From assembly GCA_043771335.1 (NCBI GenBank), contig JAYVHM010000001.1, positions 92,901 through 156,900 of the forward strand: a stretch of 64,000 nucleotides of DNA. Direction: 5' to 3'. Position 1 is the stretch's first letter, and each line of letters opens with the position of its first letter. Positions 41,291 to 50,029 of this stretch are shown one piece after another. Both the position numbers and the translations under genes were made by a program. The notes below the pieces were generated by a model. It searched no databases, was not told the DNA's origin, and saw nothing but the letters and a program-made list of their open reading frames with translations. The DNA comes from a bacterium. GTDB lineage: Bacteria > Patescibacteriota > Minisyncoccia > Phycocordibacterales > UBA5272.

Positions 41291-41366
41291 TTTGAGAACA
41301 TGGAGCCGCCGAGCAGGATTGAACTGCCGACCTCGTCATTACCAATGACGTGCTCTACCAACTGAG
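41291..41366 (-). tRNA. tRNA-Thr (GGT), CCA encoded
   Basis: Reverse complement gives GCCGCTG-TA-GCTCAGTTGGTAGAGC-A-CGTCA-TTGGTAA-TGACG-AGGTC-GGCAGTTCAATCCTGCT-CGGCGGC-TCCA. The displayed line 41341 shows only 50 nt, so positions after 41366 in that line are uncertain. Confidence 0.85.
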
Positions 41367-41404
41367 CTACAGCGGCTAACAATTATTTATTGCTAACCAA
41401 AATA

Positions 41405-42160
41405 TTATAACATATTTTGTTCTAACTTCCACTTTTCTATTTCTTTATGATTACCACTAAGTAACACCTTTGGAACTGTATAATTTTTTACTTTTATTTT
41501 GTAAACTTTTTTATTTTTCTCTTCACTTTCTTTTTTATTTAAAGTTTTTGTTTTGTATTCATAGACTTCAGGTCTCGCATATATTTTATGTGTGCTTACT
41601 CTATTCTCTTCTAGGCTTTCTATTTTATTTAATACACCTTCTATTTGCCTGCTGATGCTGTCTATCATGACCATGGCTGGCAGTTCACCTCCAGTTAATA
41701 TGTAATCACCTATACTTATCTCCAACCCTTTATATATTTCATTTACCCTACTATCTACTCCTTCATAACGGCCACAAATAAAAATTATATCAGTATATTT
41801 TTTTGATATATCTTTTGCGATACTTGTCGTAAACTTTTCTGCGCTTGGCACAAAATGCACAAAGAGTATTTTTGACTTCTCTAATTTTTTTGTATCTTTA
41901 TTTTTATTTTTTATATCTCTCTTTTCTATATTGCTTTTTATTTTCTCTACACAGTTAACTATCGGATCTACCCACATGACCATACCAGGACCGCCCGCAA
42001 ATGGCTTACCATCTACTCTTCTGTGTTTGTCTGTTGTATAATCACGGAGAGTGTATGTGTTCACAGATATTATTTTATTCTTTATGGCACTACTAATTAT
42101 ACTCTCAGCAAAATAGGAGGTGAACATGTCTGGGAAAATAGTAATGATGTGATAATTCAT
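41405..42160 (-). CDS. trmD: tRNA (guanine37-N1)-methyltransferase
   Basis: MNYHIITIFPDMF start and GGELPAMVMIDSISRQIEGVL SPOUT motif; Lys-rich insertion. Start set by the upstream TTGTGT-17-TATAAT promoter at about 42170..42200. Confidence 0.85.
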   Translation of the reverse strand: MNYHIITIFPDMFTSYFAESIISSAIKNKIISVNTYTLRDYTTDKHRRVDGKPFAGGPGMVMWVDPIVNCVEKIKSNIEKRDIKNKNKDTKKLEKSKILFVHFVPSAEKFTTSIAKDISKKYTDIIFICGRYEGVDSRVNEIYKGLEISIGDYILTGGELPAMVMIDSISRQIEGVLNKIESLEENRVSTHKIYARPEVYEYKTKTLNKKESEEKNKKVYKIKVKNYTVPKVLLSGNHKEIEKWKLEQNML

Positions 42161-42247
42161 AATTGAGTATTTATTACTTGACATTATAGCATAAATCTTG
42201 CAGATACACAAAAGAAAAAGTGCCGAGCTAGCTCGGCACTTTTTCTT

Positions 42248-42544
42248 TTAGTGAACATCATTCATATAAGTCATGTCCTCACGAGGAGCACGCTCTACCC
42301 CGCCCGGCTCATTAATTTTAAGATTAACACGAGCATTATTCTTCATACCGACAACACGTAATAACGTGCGTATCGCTTTTGCATTATTACCCATCTTACC
42401 TATTACCTTTGGCATGTCAGCTGGTGATACTTCGAGTGTGATTAATACCCCCATCTCATCTACTTTTCTTTCTATTTTTACTGCGTCTACGTCGTCAACA
42501 ATTGATTTTACAACGTACTCTATAAATTCTTGATCTTTGTTCAT
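42248..42544 (-). CDS. KH-domain RNA-binding protein (UPF0109/YlqC-like)
   Basis: GKMGNNAKAIRTLLRVVG KH GxxG motif; conserved position between rpsP and trmD. Confidence 0.7.
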   Translation of the reverse strand: MNKDQEFIEYVVKSIVDDVDAVKIERKVDEMGVLITLEVSPADMPKVIGKMGNNAKAIRTLLRVVGMKNNARVNLKINEPGGVERAPREDMTYMNDVH

Positions 42545-42637
42545 ATATTCTTTTGGTTTTTATTTTATTTTAATTTAAACTATTACATATTTATTATATC
42601 ATACATGATATATGTAAATATATTTTTATAAACAAAA

Positions 42638-42663
42638 TACTAATTAAGATAATTAGTATTTTG
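42638..42663 (-). terminator. Hairpin (TACTAATTA-aga-TAATTAGTA) flanked by A- and T-runs, downstream of rpsP
   Basis: Perfect 9-bp stem with a 3-nt loop. Confidence 0.45.
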
Positions 42664-42670
42664 AATTAAA

Positions 42671-42967
42671 CTATTTTTTTTCTTCTTTCTTAACTGGAGT
42701 TTTCTTTGGTAAGACATTTATCTTTTTACCTTCTAATACACCTTTGCTGATTAGCAGATTATGCACCGTAGGAGAGACTTGAGCTCCAACTGATATCCAG
42801 TGCTTTACACGGTCACCTTTACATTCAAAAATACCAGCTTTTACATTGTAAGTGCCTAGTATCTCTGTGTATTGTGTAGTTTTTGGTTTTAAATAATGAG
42901 GAGTAACCACCATTCTAAAATGTGGGTCATTTTTTCTTCCGATTCTTTGTAATCTAATTTTTAACAT
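42671..42967 (-). CDS. rpsP: 30S ribosomal protein bS16
   Basis: MLKIRLQRIGRKNDPHFRMVV N-terminus. Confidence 0.9.
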   Translation of the reverse strand: MLKIRLQRIGRKNDPHFRMVVTPHYLKPKTTQYTEILGTYNVKAGIFECKGDRVKHWISVGAQVSPTVHNLLISKGVLEGKKINVLPKKTPVKKEEKK

Positions 42968-43069
42968 AAGTGTTACTATATTAACATATTTCAGAACTTT
43001 TTACAAGGCTTTATATATAATAAAACAGCAAGACAAACTTGCTGTTTTTGATTAATAATTACTTAAAAG

Positions 43070-43549
43070 TTAAAAATCATCTGCAAAAGTATTTCTGGTT
43101 ACCATCTGATCTCGAACCAGAAAGCCTTCTATCACTTTGTATATCGTAATCATCTCTATTTTTGACCCCATAAAAAAATCAGAATCCTGCACGGCAAAGT
43201 TCTCATTCGCAAGCAAGGTCCTCATATACGGATCATTTTCAAAATAATCTACTGATATAAAATTAAGTGACCTACCTGACATAGCATCCACTTCTACGCT
43301 CAGAATACTGTCCAAATAAGCACCTAGTATGCTGTGGCCCCTCCACTTTCTCTCAAAGAGAGGCCATTGTTCACCCTCCTCATCTATGCGCCACTGCTTA
43401 TCGTCGATAAATTCTAAGATAATACTTTCACCTTCTTGTGTATGATGCTCTGCTTTTTTAAGTGTCTGAGATCCACTGCCTAATAATATTGAAAAATTAT
43501 TAGCGAGTAACCACTGGACAAAAGTCTGCTGTTTTTCTGATTGATCCAT
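43070..43549 (-). CDS. Hypothetical protein, tandem paralogue A
   Basis: Shares FxxWLxxxxF, IxxxxD..IDxxG and SLNF blocks with the 43685 gene; AAGGAG SD 6 nt upstream. Confidence 0.4.
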   Translation of the reverse strand: MDQSEKQQTFVQWLLANNFSILLGSGSQTLKKAEHHTQEGESIILEFIDDKQWRIDEEGEQWPLFERKWRGHSILGAYLDSILSVEVDAMSGRSLNFISVDYFENDPYMRTLLANENFAVQDSDFFMGSKIEMITIYKVIEGFLVRDQMVTRNTFADDF

Positions 43550-43625
43550 CCTGTTCTCCTTAAAGTTAATACAAGACTTTTATACTAACATAAAAAGATA
43601 ATTACGGCAATGAGATATTTTACAA

Positions 43626-43652
43626 AAAAGAAAAAGCACATTTCTTTCTGTG
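43626..43652 (-). terminator. Hairpin terminator between the tandem paralogues
   Basis: AAGCACA-gaaagaaa-TGTGCTT followed by a T-run on the minus strand. Confidence 0.45.
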
Positions 43653-43684
43653 CTTTTGTTTTTGAGACGAGTCATTAATTACAA

Positions 43685-44269
43685 TTAGTCGTCGAGCTCT
43701 GTTAAGCCTAAATTAAGCTTTCCAGTTGCTTTATTTTTAATAAGATAAAAATAAAGAGTTTCTGATGTGTACGCATACTCATAAGAACAAATAAATAAAT
43801 CTCTACCCTCATCTAATCCTCTGTAGAAATCTTCTGGAGATCTACAACTAGAATATATGCAAAAAACTTGTATCAGGTAATCATCCAGAATAATTCCCAT
43901 ATCCTTTGTGATACCGTCTTTATTTATATCTAGAGACCAGACATGATGATATAGGTATTCTCCAACAAAATTTAAACTACTGCTACCAAAATTATATTTA
44001 ATCTTTCCAGCAGCATCAATATTAAAAGTGTGAGTAGAAAAATCTAACAAGACTTTAATTTTCGATCCATAGTCATTAGCATCTCTAGCTTCCACTCTCC
44101 TGTGTGCAGATTGTATATATTCAATATTTTTTGGCCTTAGACTTGGCACTAAGCTTAGATCGTAAAAATCTCTTGTTCTTAACCACTCCAGAAAGTTTAA
44201 TGGTTTTCTTGCTTCTGTTTTTGGTTCATATCTTGAAAGATCAACAGGTTCATCGTATCTTACTACCAT
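43685..44269 (-). CDS. Hypothetical protein, tandem paralogue B
   Basis: Paralogue of the 43070 gene; start at the second Met (MVVRYDEP) gives AAGGAG-6-ATG spacing. Confidence 0.4.
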   Translation of the reverse strand: MVVRYDEPVDLSRYEPKTEARKPLNFLEWLRTRDFYDLSLVPSLRPKNIEYIQSAHRRVEARDANDYGSKIKVLLDFSTHTFNIDAAGKIKYNFGSSSLNFVGEYLYHHVWSLDINKDGITKDMGIILDDYLIQVFCIYSSCRSPEDFYRGLDEGRDLFICSYEYAYTSETLYFYLIKNKATGKLNLGLTELDD

Positions 44270-44373
44270 AATCATCTCCTTAAAAGTTTATCGGTCGAGT
44301 AACCACAAATACACTATAACATAAAAATAGGATTATGGCAATGAGGTGATGGTTTAGCTATTTACACACTTAA

Positions 44374-46422
44374 TTACTTCACTATCTTATAATCAATCTG
44401 TTTTAATTCAAGGTCTGCTGAGATTACTTTTAATTTTACTCTATCTCCTATTTTAAACATCTCTCCACTTCTCTCACCTTTTATATAATTACCATTTTCT
44501 ATATAGTTAAAGAAGTCGTCGCCAAGATCACGAAGACGTATCATGCCCTCACATTTACTCTTTTTCTCCTCGACAAAAATACCCCACTTTGATATGCCTG
44601 ACACCACCCCATCAAAAGTCTGACCTAATCTATCCCCCATATATTCTACTTGTTTATATTTTATGCTTCCACGCTCAGCATCGGCCGCATCTTTTTCTCT
44701 GTCGCTTGCTTTTATACACAACGCACTAAGTAATATAGTCTCTTCTTCTTTTGGATTATCTTTTTCTAATATTCTTTGTAATAATCTGTGTGTTAAGACG
44801 TCAGGATATCTTCTAATCGGTGAAGTGAAGTGTGAATAGTATTGAAAAGCGAGTCCGTAGTGACCTAAATTATCGAGACTGTATATTGCTTTTGCCATTG
44901 ACCTGGTGATATGAGATTGAAGCAAATCTTTTTCTGGGCGTCCTGTCATTTTTGTTAGTAAAGCATTTAGATCTTGGGTTGGTATCGCACCGTCAATAAA
45001 GTGCACATGCTCACCTATGCCCTTTATAAATAAGTTTAGGTCATGCATTTTCTCTGGATCTGGCTTATCGTGAATACGATATATACAAATTGGTTTTTTT
45101 ATAGTTTGTGACTTTGTTATGAACTCACTTACTTTTCTATTAGCTAGTAACATATACTCCTCTATTAACTTGTGAGTATCTCCTCTAGTTTTTACATACA
45201 CATCCACCGGATGACCATCCGCATCAAGCTTGAACTTGACCTCCTCTGTCTCAAGTACTAATGCCCCAGCCTCTAACCTAGCTGCGAACATTTTCTTAGC
45301 CATGGCATTTAAGATATTTAATTCTTTTGAATGTAAGCCATTTGTATCCATACTCTCTTGAGCATTTTCATACGTGAATCTCTTTGCACTATTTATCACC
45401 GACTTTCCATACCACTCACTTAAAATATTTGCCTCACTGTCTATCTCAAATACTGCACTCATAACCAATCTGTCCTTTGCCTCTACTAGAGAACACAGAT
45501 CGTTAGATAACTCCTCGGGCAACATCGGCACACATCTGTCCACAAGGTACACAGACGTCTCACGCTCTACAGCCTCAGCATCTAGTGGAGTATTTGGGGT
45601 TACATAGTGCGACACGTCAGCAATGTGCACTCCTATCTCATAGGTGTCATTTTCTTTTCCATTGACTATGTTCTTTTTATCCAAATACTTAAAACTAATA
45701 GCATCATCAAAATCCTGAGCGTCAGCTGGGTCAATAGTAAAAGTTAAAGTATCGCGAAAATCTCTTCTGCCGGCCTTATCTTCTTCTGTTATACCTCTCC
45801 TACTTATTTCTTCGGCTTGTTTTTTACTTTCCGCAAAATGCTCGTCCGAGAATCCGCGCTCTATGGCATAAGCTAGCATCTCAGTATTATTTTTCCCTGG
45901 CACGCCGAGGTCTTTTATAATTTCAGATACAGCATTCATACTGTCTTTGAATTCAAAAATATTTACTGCGACTTTGTGACCTATTATGTCTTCTAATTTC
46001 TCTTGTCTTAACCCTGTCTTAATATCTTTTATATCTTTTTCTAAAACACCTTTTTCTATATTTATGAATATCTTTAGATATGTTTTTTTATCGCTATTCT
46101 CTAGAAAATATTTTTTATTTATATCATTTTCTTTTGTGTCCATTCTGAGTATTCCAGTGTGAGCCTTTTTGGATCTAGAATTAATCTTTATTATTTTACC
46201 ATACATCCCATCTTCATCCGTGCCCACCATCTCTACATCTACTCTATCCCCCTGCATCGCAGTATTAATATAATCATGCTTAACAAAAACACTTTCATGC
46301 TCCAGGTCAGGAACACGCACATATGCGTCTATATCCTTTGTGATACTTACAAAGCCTTGCCACACTTTATTCTCTGTTTTATTTGTTTCTGTTTTATTTT
46401 CTACTATTTTTTCTTCTGACAT
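44374..46422 (-). CDS. rnr: Ribonuclease R
   Basis: Cold-shock/OB N-terminus, RNB catalytic domain (HIADVSHYV) and C-terminal S1 domain. Confidence 0.85.
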   Translation of the reverse strand: MSEEKIVENKTETNKTENKVWQGFVSITKDIDAYVRVPDLEHESVFVKHDYINTAMQGDRVDVEMVGTDEDGMYGKIIKINSRSKKAHTGILRMDTKENDINKKYFLENSDKKTYLKIFINIEKGVLEKDIKDIKTGLRQEKLEDIIGHKVAVNIFEFKDSMNAVSEIIKDLGVPGKNNTEMLAYAIERGFSDEHFAESKKQAEEISRRGITEEDKAGRRDFRDTLTFTIDPADAQDFDDAISFKYLDKKNIVNGKENDTYEIGVHIADVSHYVTPNTPLDAEAVERETSVYLVDRCVPMLPEELSNDLCSLVEAKDRLVMSAVFEIDSEANILSEWYGKSVINSAKRFTYENAQESMDTNGLHSKELNILNAMAKKMFAARLEAGALVLETEEVKFKLDADGHPVDVYVKTRGDTHKLIEEYMLLANRKVSEFITKSQTIKKPICIYRIHDKPDPEKMHDLNLFIKGIGEHVHFIDGAIPTQDLNALLTKMTGRPEKDLLQSHITRSMAKAIYSLDNLGHYGLAFQYYSHFTSPIRRYPDVLTHRLLQRILEKDNPKEEETILLSALCIKASDREKDAADAERGSIKYKQVEYMGDRLGQTFDGVVSGISKWGIFVEEKKSKCEGMIRLRDLGDDFFNYIENGNYIKGERSGEMFKIGDRVKLKVISADLELKQIDYKIVK

Positions 46423-46448
46423 ATTTTATATATTATTTTCTTATGAAT

Positions 46449-46459
46449 ATTATAACACA
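46449..46459 (-). promoter_or_regulatory. Extended -10 promoter TGTGTTATAAT upstream of rnr
   Basis: Reverse complement of attataacaca; 26-nt leader. Confidence 0.4.
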
Positions 46460-46575
46460 AAAAGTAAAGATACTACACCTCTATTTGACTTAGAAAAATA
46501 ATTAGTGTATTATATCTTTGAAGTGAAAAAAGTTGCGTCGCGACACACTCTCCCTCTTTATACTAGGAGAAAAAC

Positions 46576-47484
46576 ATGTTCAAGCGATTAATAGGTGCCA
46601 CTAGTTTATCTTTGATAATATCTTACATATTATCCCTAATACTAATGACGTTGATGTTAAAACCTGTAATAATACCATTACTCATGTGGCTTGGAATGTT
46701 AACAACACACTTACCATTTTTTGAAGTAAAATCTGTTGAGGATTTTATAACAAGTAACGCATCCCTTGTGGGTATACTGGTTGGTGCGGTTGGATTGTAT
46801 ATATTTGCCAACTCTACTTATAGATTTTATAAACTTATCTCACTCAAAAATCATGAGAGAGTTAAAAAATCTGCTGAGGTAAATGTTTTAAAAGCGTTTA
46901 CAATTCCAATCAATTTGATTCTCTGGAATACTCTGTTTTACTTTGGACTAATTGCTGCAGTGAAGCCAGTATTGATTTATGTGGTTTTAATAGTTAACTC
47001 TACGACTGTTTTCATTGCAACTAGCTGGTTTTCTGGAATTGAAGCAGGGGCATTGATATCTGTAAATATGTTTATCTTATTCGCCATTCTTTCTATTTAT
47101 TTTTTCCTTTTCTTGTATACACACGTAAAGATAATTTCCCCATTCTTGGATAAATTAAATCTATTCGTGATGCAAAAAACAACTAAGTATGAGCCTGAAA
47201 ATGACATGAATGCTTTACTTGAAAAAGTTAACAAATACTTTGAAGGGAGACATCTTCAGCATGCATCATTACCAGCCACATATCTTCGTCGTTACGTAAT
47301 GACAGTTATAAGAATACCAGCAAGCCTTGGAAATGATATAGAGCTCACATTAAGCTATTCTTCTTTTGAAGAATTCAAAGATATTTTTGAAGAACAAGTA
47401 AGGAATGAAGCTTCTCTTTTTACAAGACAGTCAACAAAAGAAATGTTATCACAAAATGCAGGAGTAAGGGTAGAGCTCATTTAA
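46576..47484 (+). CDS. Hypothetical membrane protein (6 TM plus C-terminal soluble domain)
   Basis: GGAG SD 7 nt upstream; hydrophobic N-terminal two-thirds. Confidence 0.4.
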   Translation: MFKRLIGATSLSLIISYILSLILMTLMLKPVIIPLLMWLGMLTTHLPFFEVKSVEDFITSNASLVGILVGAVGLYIFANSTYRFYKLISLKNHERVKKSAEVNVLKAFTIPINLILWNTLFYFGLIAAVKPVLIYVVLIVNSTTVFIATSWFSGIEAGALISVNMFILFAILSIYFFLFLYTHVKIISPFLDKLNLFVMQKTTKYEPENDMNALLEKVNKYFEGRHLQHASLPATYLRRYVMTVIRIPASLGNDIELTLSYSSFEEFKDIFEEQVRNEASLFTRQSTKEMLSQNAGVRVELI

Positions 47485-47532
47485 AAAATAAAGACCATCG
47501 CAAAGTGATGGTCTTTTTATTTTTGTCTTTTT

Positions 47533-47826
47533 TTAAACCCTAACTTCATTACCTACCACTTTTCCTTCTATGTGATTATCTAAAAAGTTTATCTCGGCTG
47601 ACACTGCCTCATCCCACCCCATACCAGTATCCCTCGCTCTTCTCTTGGCCATATAGTGTATAAAAGTAGGGTATATTAGATTTTTATCCATATTAAATAT
47701 TCTAAAAAGCTCAACCTGATTCTCAACAGGTAGATTAGATATGCCATTAGAAAAAGCACTAATCTCTTGAGGTGTCATATTCATCTCTTCAAAGAGATCG
47801 ATTAATTGCTTTAATATTTTTTTCAT
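47533..47826 (-). CDS. Hypothetical small protein
   Basis: 97 aa ORF with no motif. Confidence 0.3.
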   Translation of the reverse strand: MKKILKQLIDLFEEMNMTPQEISAFSNGISNLPVENQVELFRIFNMDKNLIYPTFIHYMAKRRARDTGMGWDEAVSAEINFLDNHIEGKVVGNEVRV

Positions 47827-47886
47827 ATTTATATCTTATCATAAATAAGATTATATGTCAAGTCTATAAAAAGGTTAGAATTGCAC

Positions 47887-48186
47887 CTAATTTCTCCTTA
47901 TAATCCTAGCTTTTCCGCCGTATTCATCAAGCTGTAAAGAGACTTTATCTCCAACTAATATTCTTATCTTGTATACACGCATCTTACCTCCAAGATATGC
48001 TATCTTAACACCATCTTTTGTCTCTACTCTAAAATGAGCATTTGGTAAGGCATCTACTACTCTACCATCAACCTTAACAGCATATTCATCTTCTTCGTCT
48101 TCGGTCACATCTTTCTTAGAAGCTATATTATTTAATTTTTTATTCCTTGAATTATTAGCCCTGTTTATATTCTTATTATTATACAT
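47887..48186 (-). CDS. infA: Translation initiation factor IF-1 with a ~35-aa Asn/Lys-rich N-terminal extension
   Basis: VVDALPNAHFRVETKDGVKIAYLGGKMRVYKIRILVGDKV matches the IF-1 S1-like core. Confidence 0.75.
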   Translation of the reverse strand: MYNNKNINRANNSRNKKLNNIASKKDVTEDEEDEYAVKVDGRVVDALPNAHFRVETKDGVKIAYLGGKMRVYKIRILVGDKVSLQLDEYGGKARIIRRN

Positions 48187-48243
48187 ATTTATATCATTCT
48201 ACTACAAACTTTACAAAAATCCAAATCTCTTATCTTTTTTAAA

Positions 48244-49650
48244 TTAATTATCTTTAATAATTATATCTATTTTGTTTGTATTTTTTGGGAAAGTCTTAGA
48301 CCAAAATGGTGATATTGTTGGAACAGCTTGATTTATTTCTGTAAACTTTGATAAGACAGCGTTAAAATCTGCTTGATTATTTTTCTTATTTGCCAGCTCT
48401 GCCTTTAATGCTTCTTGATCTATGTTCATAACAATAGCCGTCTCTCCTGTTACTTTTATGCTAATCTTTTCTGTTCCCTGATTTAATGTGCTAGTAGCTA
48501 ATTCTAGTTTCAAGTTAGAAACATCTTTTAGTGTTACATTCTGCCCTGTATATTTTGTAAGATATTTATTAGCTAATTCTTTTGCTATAAAATCATCTTT
48601 TAGCAGAATTATCTTTCCGACAGCAAAAACTGTGTATTTATTATCTTTTGTTTTTGAAAGCTCTTCTTCATTATTAGTATAAGATATAAAAGATGGGTCA
48701 TAAATAGGTGAGAAGTTTTTCTTATATATAGAAGATAAATCTTTTTTTATTAATTCTCTTATCTCTGAACGTAATTGCATGTCTGTATTATCTATTTCCT
48801 CTCTAGAAAAAGAATTAGTTTTTCCATTTGCTCCGCCTGACATAGATAATTTTGATTCACCATAAAATGCAGCGTATCTGGCACTACCTTTGAAGCCAGG
48901 AATAGTAAATCTACCGCTTTGTATATTATATTCTGGACCGCTAGCATCCGCTGTTACATTTACTGTTACAGAGCCTGAGCTAGTTAAAGTTTTACCTGGC
49001 ACTGTTACAGATTCTGATATTCTAAATATTTTTCCATTCAAAGATTCAAATCTGGTATTTTTAACTAATTTTTGTGGCTTATCAGAATAGTTATTGTGTA
49101 TAGTAATGCTACCAGATGCTTTTGAGCTAATGCTTTTGGTTATGGATCTCTCTATTGGTTTTGAAACTTCTTTTTTTATTTCTATTATTTGATAGGCTTC
49201 ACTATTCTCTGTATTAGAGAAAACAAAAGTGTCATTAGCTGTTACGTCTTGAACTTTTTGAGCTACTGTAACCGTAGCACTATTAAAAATAAAAGTTAAA
49301 GCAAAAAAAATAAGAGCAGCCCCGGAAAGCAAAGCTATAAATAGACTCATTCTGGTTGAAAGCTTGAACTTTTTAGATGATTTTAAATTTCTATTTCTTA
49401 TACTGTTAAGAGATTCTTTTTTACCTTTTCTGTAAAAGCTAGATACATCATTATCCTCTTGTGTCTCATCATCATCATCATAAGAAGCAGATTCGAAAGC
49501 TTTTACTTTTCTGTTCAAGAGCCTGTTATGATTAATGTTGGCATGCTCAATACCAGAACGTATAATAGGAACACGATTTCCATCAGACTTATATCTTAAA
49601 CTTTGAGAAGACTTTTTTATGTCGTTCATGATTGTATATATCTGTTTCAA
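48244..49650 (-). CDS. Hypothetical membrane-anchored protein with a large extracytoplasmic domain
   Basis: About 100-aa polar N-terminus, TM (MSLFIALLSGAALIFFALTFIF), about 340-aa C-terminal domain; TGTTATAAT-7nt-ATG promoter at 49653..49666. Confidence 0.4.
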   Translation of the reverse strand: MKQIYTIMNDIKKSSQSLRYKSDGNRVPIIRSGIEHANINHNRLLNRKVKAFESASYDDDDETQEDNDVSSFYRKGKKESLNSIRNRNLKSSKKFKLSTRMSLFIALLSGAALIFFALTFIFNSATVTVAQKVQDVTANDTFVFSNTENSEAYQIIEIKKEVSKPIERSITKSISSKASGSITIHNNYSDKPQKLVKNTRFESLNGKIFRISESVTVPGKTLTSSGSVTVNVTADASGPEYNIQSGRFTIPGFKGSARYAAFYGESKLSMSGGANGKTNSFSREEIDNTDMQLRSEIRELIKKDLSSIYKKNFSPIYDPSFISYTNNEEELSKTKDNKYTVFAVGKIILLKDDFIAKELANKYLTKYTGQNVTLKDVSNLKLELATSTLNQGTEKISIKVTGETAIVMNIDQEALKAELANKKNNQADFNAVLSKFTEINQAVPTISPFWSKTFPKNTNKIDIIIKDN

Positions 49651-49963
49651 TTATAACATATGGTTTTTTATTTTTAATAAAAAACTGTGCATAACTGTAT
49701 CTATTTAAAACACTTTTATACCAAGTGGCATTGTCACTGACTATTAATAAAAACTCATTAGGTATGCGATCTACATAAGAGAGTGACTCTAGACACCAGA
49801 TGATGTAACCCATCCAATCATTTGCAACTTTTTCTCCAAAATTATTTTGAATTATTTTTTCTTCTCCAATATTTGAAACATATTCAAAAAGTCTGGTCCC
49901 ATTATCAATGTAAATAATATTTGTTTTGTCTTTTTGCACTTCTATGCGTAATACTGGCTTCAT
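49589..49963 (-). CDS. Hypothetical protein with weak RNase H-like motifs
   Basis: IIYIDNG and LLIVSDN resemble the RNase HI D10 and D70 regions, but Glu48 and the C-terminal Asp are not conserved; overlaps the next gene by 62 nt. Confidence 0.25.
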   Translation of the reverse strand: MKPVLRIEVQKDKTNIIYIDNGTRLFEYVSNIGEEKIIQNNFGEKVANDWMGYIIWCLESLSYVDRIPNEFLLIVSDNATWYKSVLNRYSYAQFFIKNKKPYVIIETDIYNHERHKKVFSKFKI

Positions 49964-49986
49964 GTTTATATGATAACATATAAAAT

Positions 49987-50020
49987 AAAAAGACGGCGCC
50001 GTAGGCGCCGTCTTTTTGTT
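49987..50020 (-). terminator. Rho-independent terminator downstream of dnaK (AAAGACGGCGCC-gtag-GGCGCCGTCTTT plus T-run)
   Basis: 12-bp GC-rich stem flanked by A- and T-runs. Confidence 0.75.
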
Positions 50021-50029
50021 AATAATAAT

